A stretch of 64,000 bases of DNA from IMG/VR virus record IMGVR_UViG_3300032219_002522, positions 1 through 64,000 of that record. One strand, 5' to 3'. This stretch comes from a virus (lineage: Duplodnaviria > Caudoviricetes). The notes under the pieces are model-generated. The model saw only the letters and a list, made by a program, of their open reading frames with translations. It ran no database searches and was not told the origin of the DNA. The number at the start of each line of letters is the position of its first letter. The first letter of the stretch is position 1. Both the position numbers and the translations under genes were made by a program. Below, one piece after another: positions 53,439 to 60,111 of this stretch.

Positions 53439-53474
53439 TATATTTGTGAAACAAAACAAAAGGAACGATATATA
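53439..53474 (+). promoter_or_regulatory. Tandem promoters of tRNA array 1 (host-type TATATTTG and phage GATATATA)
   Basis: TATATTTG 53439-53446 matches the Bacteroidota -7 element TAnnTTTG; GATATATA 53467-53474; same layout at 59121-59156. Confidence 0.65.
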
Positions 53475-53482
53475 ACAGATAT

Positions 53483-53557
53483 ATGAAAAACCTAAACAAC
53501 ATATTACCTTTAATATTAAGACCGTCGATAAGACGATCTCTAAAGGTCCTGTGTTAG
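53483..53557 (+). CDS. Leader peptide of tRNA array 1 (MKNLNNILPLILRPSIRRSLKVLC)
   Basis: Codons 7-17 ATA TTA CCT TTA ATA TTA AGA CCG TCG ATA AGA match the downstream tRNAs; 3' end overlaps the antiterminator. Confidence 0.8.
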   Translation: MKNLNNILPLILRPSIRRSLKVLC

Positions 53558-53612
53558 TTTTCAATATATACTAAACTAAAAAACCGGGACCTTTAAAAGC
53601 CCCGGTTTTTTT
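53541..53612 (+). promoter_or_regulatory. Attenuator 1 (antiterminator/terminator pair)
   Basis: TAAAGGTCCTG (53541-51) pairs with CGGGACCTTTA (53585-95), which overlaps the terminator AAAAAACCGGG..CCCGGTTTTTTT (53578-53612). Confidence 0.8.
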
Positions 53613-53642
53613 ATGGTCTTTGAAATATTGAATTATTAAATT

Positions 53643-53729
53643 AGAGAGTTGCCAGAGTCAGGCTTAATGGATCAGTCTTGAAAACTGACGTAGTGAAAGC
53701 TACCAGGGGTTCGAATCCCTCACTCTCTG
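53643..53729 (+). tRNA. tRNA-Ser(TGA)
   Basis: AGAGAGT/ACTCTCT acceptor, TCAGT-CTTGAAA-ACTGA, long variable arm, GTTCGAATC. Confidence 0.93.
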
Positions 53730-53734
53730 CTCAT

Positions 53735-53806
53735 GGGTCTATAGTTAAAGGGATATAACCCTAGCCTTCTAAGCTTGTATTCCTGGTTCGAGTCCAGGTG
53801 GACCTA
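53735..53806 (+). tRNA. tRNA-Arg(TCT)
   Basis: Anticodon loop CTTCTAA; CCTGG-TTCGAGT-CCAGG T arm. Confidence 0.9.
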
Positions 53807-53973
53807 CACAAAGCCCTCTGCCTAGCGCTGGGTATGGATCGAAGATAGAATAGGCCTCTACACCGTAGACAGGTAGGATACCTCGGTATTCTTTAATGAT
53901 ATGCACACTTATTCTCTAAATCGTGGGTTAGCACAGTTTGTATGTTCTGGGGATATTTAAAGACATACAATTT

Positions 53974-54046
53974 CGGGATGTAGATCAGTTGGTAGATCGC
54001 CTGGTTTGGGGCCAGAAGGCCCTAGGTTCGAGTCCTAGTATTCCGA
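53974..54046 (+). tRNA. tRNA-Pro(TGG)
   Basis: CGGGATG/TATTCCG acceptor, loop TTTGGGG, CTAGG-TTCGAGT-CCTAG. Confidence 0.88.
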
Positions 54047-54053
54047 CAGCCAC

Positions 54054-54127
54054 AGAGGCGTAGCTCAATTGGTTAGAGCACATGCCTTATACGCATGCGG
54101 TCACGAGTTCGACTCTCGTCGTCTCTA
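54054..54127 (+). tRNA. tRNA-Ile(TAT)
   Basis: AGAGGCG/CGTCTCT acceptor, CATGC-CTTATAC-GCATG anticodon arm. Confidence 0.88.
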
Positions 54128-54130
54128 CTT

Positions 54131-54204
54131 GGTCCCTTAGCTCAGTAGGTTAGAGCAACTGACTCATAATCAGTAGGTCCACGGTTCGAGCCCGTGAGGG
54201 ACCA
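54131..54204 (+). tRNA. tRNA(CAT), probably Ile2 (lysidine type) rather than Met
   Basis: ACTGA-CTCATAA-TCAGT; GGTCCCT acceptor with C4:G69 and C5:G68 as in bacterial Ile2. Confidence 0.85.
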
Positions 54205-54219
54205 CAAAATTAATAATCT

Positions 54220-54300
54220 GCCTGGGTGGTGAAATTGGTAGACACGTTCGGCTTAAGATCGAATGCGAAATGCGTGAGGGTTCGAGTCCCTCCTCGGGTA
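54220..54300 (+). tRNA. tRNA-Leu(TAA)
   Basis: TTCGG-CTTAAGA-TCGAA, type II variable arm, GAGGG-TTCGAGT-CCCTC. Confidence 0.92.
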
Positions 54301-54305
54301 CATAT

Positions 54306-54408
54306 ATAAGAGTGGCGGAAGCGAGATCATTTATGATCCGATGGAGAGACGCTAGGGTGTCATGCCAGAGAACGAAAATTCATGTTGGTTCAAGTCCAAC
54401 CTCTTGTA
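54306..54408 (+). ncRNA. tRNA-like RNA with a hairpin inserted in the D loop and a degenerate anticodon arm
   Basis: ATAAGAG/CTCTTGT acceptor, TGGCGGAA..GACGC D arm containing GATCAT-TT-ATGATC, perfect GTTGG-TTCAAGT-CCAAC T arm. Confidence 0.6.
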
Positions 54409-54421
54409 CTTTTTAGATTTT

Positions 54422-54973
54422 TTACTTAACCTCTTTAATTCTGAAGTATCCTCGGTGATCGGTTTTACCTGGTTCTACACCATCTTCGAATTTACAATAT
54501 CCAGTAGAATTAAAGAAGTTCCATTCTTCTCTTCTACCTTTACTAAGTTTATCCTGTGGCATTAAAGATCTATTATATTCTTGATTTTCTTGGTTAATTC
54601 TCTTATACATTCCATTATAAAATGTAGATGTGCTAAGTAAATTCGTAGCTTCTTCCATTAATCTTCGATTGATATTATAGTCAAATATAGCCTCATGAAT
54701 AGAAATCTCTGAAATGTCTCTTCTATAGCTAATCCATTGTGATATAACTCCACCATAATTATATGGTGTATAACCTAAATCCCCTACGTAAAAAAGATTA
54801 AAATATGGAGAATTCTCTTTGCTGTGATCGAACAACCTTATGTTAGTATTAAAATGTGGTACAGTTCCACTGAATTCTTTCATTCTATTATAGAATTCAG
54901 GCAGTATCTCTAATGTTATTGATGTCGGATTATTATTTGCATCAAATCCCTCAAATAGCTTAATGTGTTTCAT
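54422..54973 (-). CDS. Hypothetical protein with MKHIKLFEGF motif
   Basis: ORF track; GATATATA on the minus strand at 54979-54986. Confidence 0.7.
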   Translation of the reverse strand: MKHIKLFEGFDANNNPTSITLEILPEFYNRMKEFSGTVPHFNTNIRLFDHSKENSPYFNLFYVGDLGYTPYNYGGVISQWISYRRDISEISIHEAIFDYNINRRLMEEATNLLSTSTFYNGMYKRINQENQEYNRSLMPQDKLSKGRREEWNFFNSTGYCKFEDGVEPGKTDHRGYFRIKEVK

Positions 54974-55019
54974 ATGATTATATATCTAAATATCTAAATA
55001 AATGTGATATATAATGTAT

Positions 55020-56633
55020 ATGAAAAAGTACATAAAACTATTCGAGGAGTTTGTTTTTGAATACCTATCAAAAGCTTCTAAAATAATTAATAATATTAGC
55101 GAATTACCTAAAGTTGGAGAACCTGTAGTCAAACAGGATTTTAGCGAGGACGGTATAGTAGCTATTGATTGGAAGAACTTAGTTTTTATTAGATCCTCAG
55201 ATGAGCTTCCCACTCTTCGAGGTAAAGATATGCTACTTCACACAGGAAAAGCTCTAAAGAGCGTAGGTTTCAATGACTCTTTCGAGAAGTACCTCAAGAA
55301 GAAGTACAATAATGACATCAACGACCCTGAAAATACATGGATAAAGGAAGAACCTCACTACAAGGACTTTGAAACTTTTCGAAAATGGATGATAGATGCT
55401 CATTCCACCAGATGGACAAAACACTTTACGTTGAACCACGTAGTTTCTTCTCACTCTGGTGGAAACTGGACAGGTAACAAGTACATCTACTTGATGCCCG
55501 GAGAATCTATGATCAAGACTAACGGAAAACCTGCTAGTCTCTTTGCTATAGACACTTACTATGACAAGAGCTTGGTAGTGTCTGACGGTACAGTAGTTCT
55601 TTACTTACCTGAAGCAGATGAAGAAGTTAGGGAGTTTGTGGCTAAAACAGCTGAGAACAGAAACCAAATTTATTTCTTGAAGATAAAAGGAGATATTGTC
55701 GATTACGAGCTGAAAGATGCCAACGATGCGATAGAAGCTATGGGATACACTACGTTTAGTGGGGGCTCTCACTACTCAACCGAGTATAATCTTGACAGTG
55801 AGATGAGAGATTTACAAGACAGGGAAGACATCAGAAAAAGTGGACTACACTGGGGTTCTAAATGGTACAATCTTGAGAAGGGACAAACACACTGGGAAGA
55901 TTTTATGAGTCTAGGGAAGATAAAAAGATCCCAGTATAAAAACTTGAACATCAAGAAAGAAGAACAGGAGTACCAAGAACATAGAGGATTCAGCAAAGAT
56001 TACTTGAAAGAGTGCGTGAAATCGTTATCAAAATCTCATTCGGAAGATCCTTTCGACAAAGAAGTTGTGCGCAACTACTTACGATACATGACGATGGTTT
56101 GCAAGATCATAGCTACTCCTAAATTTTCAATGAAACAGTTCGATGAGACTGCAGGTTTCAGTTGGAATAATTCGGATGAACACGCGTTAAGTATGGATTC
56201 ATGGGATCCGAATAAATTAGAATCTGAGTTAGATAGAGATTTTGAGGCTCACCCTGAATACACAAGACCTGAACGATACGGTTACGGAACTCCAGCACAA
56301 AAAGAAGTTATGGCTAAAAGGAGCAATGAATACATAGGGGAGTATTACTATTTCAATAAGTACCTACTGTTCGACATAAAGCAAGCGTTTAAAACTTCAT
56401 GGATAGGAAAGTTCCTCCAGGATAACCGTAAAGAACTAGAAATTTTACAGGATATTATTATTAAAAAGAAAGAAAGCCCAGAATGGGAAGAAGCTGCCGG
56501 TAAGATAGCTGATAGATTAGTAGACAGTCCAGTATTTCCTGATCTTTTAAACATTGGATCATATCTAATAGCAATGAATAGAGGAGCTAAAAAGTACGGA
56601 TATAAGGACGTTTATGACATGCTTGAATTATAA
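55020..56633 (+). CDS. Large hypothetical protein with MKKYIKLFEEF motif
   Basis: ORF track; GATATATA at 55006. Confidence 0.7.
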   Translation: MKKYIKLFEEFVFEYLSKASKIINNISELPKVGEPVVKQDFSEDGIVAIDWKNLVFIRSSDELPTLRGKDMLLHTGKALKSVGFNDSFEKYLKKKYNNDINDPENTWIKEEPHYKDFETFRKWMIDAHSTRWTKHFTLNHVVSSHSGGNWTGNKYIYLMPGESMIKTNGKPASLFAIDTYYDKSLVVSDGTVVLYLPEADEEVREFVAKTAENRNQIYFLKIKGDIVDYELKDANDAIEAMGYTTFSGGSHYSTEYNLDSEMRDLQDREDIRKSGLHWGSKWYNLEKGQTHWEDFMSLGKIKRSQYKNLNIKKEEQEYQEHRGFSKDYLKECVKSLSKSHSEDPFDKEVVRNYLRYMTMVCKIIATPKFSMKQFDETAGFSWNNSDEHALSMDSWDPNKLESELDRDFEAHPEYTRPERYGYGTPAQKEVMAKRSNEYIGEYYYFNKYLLFDIKQAFKTSWIGKFLQDNRKELEILQDIIIKKKESPEWEEAAGKIADRLVDSPVFPDLLNIGSYLIAMNRGAKKYGYKDVYDMLEL

Positions 56634-57088
56634 TTAGAATAATATGATTAAAAAACTATCATATTTCGATATATCCGGAATAATTACAAAGCAATATCCT
56701 GAATATACTCTAATAATAGGTAAAAAATCTGAGGATATATTTAATTATTTTGCCGTAGATGAGTTACATGGACTATATAGAGATAAATGTCATGATAATC
56801 CAAATAACGCTTATATAGCTGGTTTATGTAACGTTTATCCTAATGATCATAATAAATTCTTTATCTTTCTAAATTCGATTAGATTAGATAACGGATACAA
56901 GGACGTCCTTTTAATAATGCACGAGTGTATGCACATGTCTCTAGAGATTCATGGTACAGATTTGACATATAGAGATGGAAATGACATAGAAGAAATTGCT
57001 ATAACTTGGGCAGAGAAGAATTCTGAATCAATTTACGAATTCATTATGTCCAAAGGAATATTATAAAAAATAGGATATATAATGGGTC

Positions 57089-57460
57089 ATGCACGATCAC
57101 ATTAAAATATCCGGACTTGGTATAGAAATATACAAAAATGATATACCAGGGGTAAGATGGTATAAAGCTCAGTCTTTTATTAATGATCTTGGAAATGGAT
57201 GGAGATTGCCTTCATTAAAAGAACTTGCTTTAATAAAAACACTAAGAGATCTTGGTGGCATAGGTAGATTTCCTACCGAATATTCAGATTTTTCTGATTC
57301 GTATTATTGGAGTAATGAGGAAGGCGAGGTTACTAGTATAAGAACACAAGGGAAAGATGGGAAAAGTAACTATGCTTACTTTTTTGATATGTCGGAGGGA
57401 ACTTCTTCACATAATAAAAAATCATACGATCTTAGGGTTAGGTTTGTCAGAGATATATAG
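57089..57460 (+). CDS. DUF1566/Lcl-like domain protein
   Basis: W..A...GWRLPSLKEL...YYWS...AY...RVRFVR. Confidence 0.7.
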   Translation: MHDHIKISGLGIEIYKNDIPGVRWYKAQSFINDLGNGWRLPSLKELALIKTLRDLGGIGRFPTEYSDFSDSYYWSNEEGEVTSIRTQGKDGKSNYAYFFDMSEGTSSHNKKSYDLRVRFVRDI

Positions 57461-57463
57461 AAT

Positions 57464-58315
57464 ATGCCAACAACAAGACCCTTTGCATATAATCCAACAC
57501 AATCAACAATTTCAGGAACTACAAATGTAGGTACATTATGCGTAGGTGTATCTGCTTTAAACTATGGTGCAAATCCAGGAGGACTAACTTGGTGGATGGG
57601 TCCGGACGAGGATAATTCTTATGTAATATCTAAAGATGTACCAACTTCAAACTTTCCTACCCCAGTAGGAAATGTAGGCACTGTACAATTTTGGAGATGC
57701 TCTAATACAGATGAAGCTTTTAGAAGTACAGTACAAATAATAAGCGGTATCACTCAAGCTTCCGCTTTAGCAGCTAGTGATTGGTTAACAACAAATGGAT
57801 ATTGGACTAATCGGAATCCATATCTTGCAGGTTTATATAAAACAACTTACTCCGGATATTTTGCTGATAATGTTAGTTTCTTTGCAACTGCTACTCCTGC
57901 ATCAGTAGGGGGAAATCCAGCTACATCAGTACAAACAACATCTATATTTGAACCCGCTCAAAATGATGGCGAGAATTTTAGTTGTCAATGGCTAGGTTAT
58001 TTTAAACCAACAACTTCTGAAACATATACATTCTACACTTCAAGTGACGACGCTTCGTATGTGTGGATAGGTTCAAATGCACAGACAGGGTTTACAACTA
58101 CAAATTCAACAGTTAATAACGGGGGATTACATGGGACACAAGAACGTTCAGGTTCTATTGCATTAACTGCTGGTACATATTATCAAATAAGAATACAATT
58201 TGGTGAACTAAGTGGAGGTGACGTAATGACTTTTAGTTATTCAACCCCTACTATTACAAAAACTACCAATGTAACAGGACTAGTATTTTATAATCCGTCC
58301 ACTAATGGATTCTAA
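57464..58315 (+). CDS. PA14-domain protein (possible virion adhesin)
   Basis: NFS.QW.GYF.P...TYTFYTSSDDAS.VWI, NNGGLHG..ERSG.I.L.AG.YY.IRI.FGE..GG. Confidence 0.85.
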   Translation: MPTTRPFAYNPTQSTISGTTNVGTLCVGVSALNYGANPGGLTWWMGPDEDNSYVISKDVPTSNFPTPVGNVGTVQFWRCSNTDEAFRSTVQIISGITQASALAASDWLTTNGYWTNRNPYLAGLYKTTYSGYFADNVSFFATATPASVGGNPATSVQTTSIFEPAQNDGENFSCQWLGYFKPTTSETYTFYTSSDDASYVWIGSNAQTGFTTTNSTVNNGGLHGTQERSGSIALTAGTYYQIRIQFGELSGGDVMTFSYSTPTITKTTNVTGLVFYNPSTNGF

Positions 58316-58350
58316 TTCAATAATTAGATATATACAATAAAATCAAAGAA

Positions 58351-58629
58351 ATGAAGCATATTAAAAATTATCAGGCTAAAAATTCTAAAATTAACGAGGG
58401 ATTTTGGGATTCTCTTTTTGGTAGACCCACTGTTGATGATGCTGCTCACGATCAAATGAGAGGTCAAGGATGGAGTCACAGAGGTAAAGATGAAGAAAAC
58501 TACATCATGTTCCAAGGGCAAAAGTTCTATCCCGATCAAATCCAATATGATGATGTTTATTCAACTAAACAAATACCAAGAGTTGAAGGGGGTATGTTAA
58601 TCGTAGCTAATCCAGCTTGGAATTTGTAA
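58351..58629 (+). CDS. Hypothetical protein with MKHIKNY..INE motif
   Basis: ORF track; GATATATA at 58327. Confidence 0.65.
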   Translation: MKHIKNYQAKNSKINEGFWDSLFGRPTVDDAAHDQMRGQGWSHRGKDEENYIMFQGQKFYPDQIQYDDVYSTKQIPRVEGGMLIVANPAWNL

Positions 58630-59120
58630 AAAAAATCAGAAATCTTTTTTTTCTTATTATTTTGATCTCTATATTTGGATCCTAATTAAAAAACTTTTAC
58701 AATGAAATTAAACAAAATGAGCAGGGTTACTATGAAGGTAGCTCACGAGAATCCAGATGCTAGCGTGAACTTCACAGCGGTAGGGATAGGAAAAGATCAA
58801 AGAGAAGCAGCTATCTTCGCATTAGGATCCTTCTTAAATGTTATGAATGGTATTAGTGAGGAAGGAATTTCGGATTACAATGAAGCTTTAGAAATGGTAA
58901 ATGGTCAATATTCGGAAGCTGAAATAGTATCGTTTATGGAAAAACAATTAGAAAGCAATTCAGGTTCTTTCTTTAATGCTTACGAATCTACTGATGTTGA
59001 TTATTCATGGGATGAAGTAGAAGGTGAAGAAGCTGGAGGATTAATCCAAGAAATGGAAATAATCGAAGAGGAATATTAAAAAATATCAAAGAAACATTTT
59101 TTTATTCAATAAAAAGATTG

Positions 59121-59156
59121 TACATTTGTGAAACAATATCAGAAAAGAGATATATA
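59121..59156 (+). promoter_or_regulatory. Tandem promoters of tRNA array 2 (TACATTTG and GATATATA)
   Basis: TACATTTG-TGAAACAA mirrors TATATTTG-TGAAACAA at 53439; GATATATA at 59149-59156. Confidence 0.65.
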
Positions 59157-59167
59157 AACAAGAAACA

Positions 59168-59275
59168 ATGAAAAACTGTAGTAAACATAACATCATTCGC
59201 ATGAACAGTCAGATTAATGGCTGCTATCAAACGGTGGCGTTTTGGGCTAAGGGAAAAGATCCCGATCGAAGCTAA
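59168..59275 (+). CDS. Leader peptide of tRNA array 2 (MKNCSKHNIIRMNSQINGCYQTVAFWAKGKDPDRS)
   Basis: Contains cognate codons for all seven downstream anticodons; last codons and stop overlap the antiterminator. Confidence 0.8.
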   Translation: MKNCSKHNIIRMNSQINGCYQTVAFWAKGKDPDRS

Positions 59276-59336
59276 TACAAGAAATCATATTTAGATATTT
59301 TGAAAAGGCTTTGATTAACTTCAAAGCCTTTTTTTT
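59264..59336 (+). promoter_or_regulatory. Attenuator 2 (antiterminator/terminator pair)
   Basis: GATCGAAGCT (59264-73) pairs with GGCTTTGATT (59307-16), the 5' arm of terminator AAAAGGCTTTGA-TTAACT-TCAAAGCCTTTTTTTT. Confidence 0.78.
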
Positions 59337-59359
59337 GTTCTTTGACATATTGGAAATTG

Positions 59360-59440
59360 GGAGCGGTAGCAAAGTTGGTCAATGCACCGGACTGAAAATC
59401 CGGCCATGTGGGTTCGAAGGTTCGAGTCCTTCTACTTCCA
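59360..59440 (+). tRNA. tRNA-Phe(GAA), chimeric with a foreign 3' end; possibly non-functional
   Basis: CCGGA-CTGAAAA-TCCGG arm; two successive GGTTCGA motifs; poorly paired acceptor GGAGCGG/TACTTCC. Confidence 0.7.
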
Positions 59441-59445
59441 CAAAA

Positions 59446-59518
59446 GGTCCCGTAGTTCAATGGATTAGAATGGAACACTACGGATGTTCTGATCCTGGTT
59501 CGAATCCAGGCGGGGTCT
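59446..59518 (+). tRNA. tRNA-Arg(ACG)
   Basis: GAACA-CTACGGA-TGTTC; CCTGG-TTCGAAT-CCAGG. Confidence 0.9.
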
Positions 59519-59529
59519 CAAACAAATAA

Positions 59530-59603
59530 GGTCGCGTGGCCGAGTGGTTAGGCGCTAGTCTGCAAAACTAGTAACACTGGTTCAATTCCAGTCACGACCT
59601 CCA
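59530..59603 (+). tRNA. tRNA-Cys(GCA)
   Basis: CTAGT-CTGCAAA-ACTAG; U73 discriminator and encoded CCA. Confidence 0.93.
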
Positions 59604-59747
59604 AAAAATAAAATAATAAAGCCTATGGATGAAAAAGTGGTAGTAAAAGGAAGTTTCCCCTCTAGTAAAGAAAACTTAAAAAGAGAAACATTAAAATTTA
59701 AACACGCCGAAAGATTAATAAAAAGAATTAAAAGGCTAATTAACAAA

Positions 59748-59833
59748 GGAAAGTAATCTCAGATGGTGACGGGGCTCGCCTGCTAAGCGAAGCGTACCTT
59801 AATTGGTATTTGGTTCGATTCCAATTCTTTCCG
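59748..59833 (+). tRNA. tRNA-Ser(GCT)
   Basis: TCGC-CTGCTAA-GCGA, long variable arm, G73. Confidence 0.87.
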
Positions 59834-59839
59834 CAATAT

Positions 59840-59913
59840 TGACATATAGCTCAGTTGGTTAGAGCGTTGATCTGATACGTCAAAGGCCGAAGGTTCGAAT
59901 CCTTCTATGTCAC
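59840..59913 (+). tRNA. tRNA-Ile(GAT)
   Basis: TGACATA/TATGTCA acceptor; TTGAT-CTGATAC-GTCAA. Confidence 0.88.
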
Positions 59914-59918
59914 CCCAC

Positions 59919-59991
59919 GCCTTTGTAGCTCAGCTGGTAGAGCGCTTCACTTGTAATGAAGTTGTCGCAGGTTCGATTCCTGTCAAAGGCT
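59919..59991 (+). tRNA. tRNA-Thr(TGT)
   Basis: GCCTTTG/CAAAGGC acceptor; CTTCA-CTTGTAA-TGAAG. Confidence 0.93.
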
Positions 59992-59996
59992 CATAT

Positions 59997-60069
59997 TTTC
60001 CCCTCGTCTAATTGGCGGGACATGTGGTTTTGGACCAGAAGAGTCCAGGTTCGAATCCTTGGAGGAAAA
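59997..60069 (+). tRNA. tRNA-Gln(TTG)
   Basis: Gln-type D arm TCGTCTAATTGGCGGGAC; loop TTTTGGA; several stem mismatches. Confidence 0.8.
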
Positions 60070-60111
60070 CAAAAAGATAAATACAATGTCCAGTATGTAA
60101 AATTTAAGATT

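Noticed and set aside
53812-53971. tmRNA or hammerhead ribozyme
   Set aside because: No tRNA-Ala-like ends or tag ORF, and no CTGATGA/GAAA core.
54350-54370. Selenocysteine or opal-suppressor tRNA (TCA register)
   Set aside because: No U33, only 2-3 bp of anticodon stem, and no in-frame TGA read-through is evident in the genes.
54362-54565. Track ORF overlapping the tRNA-like element
   Set aside because: It is a shadow of the ncRNA and of the opposite-strand gene 54422-54973.
59272-60111. Track ORFs 59272-59478, 59311-59529 and the first 52 aa of 59956-60603
   Set aside because: They overlap clear tRNA genes; the HNH gene starts at 60112.
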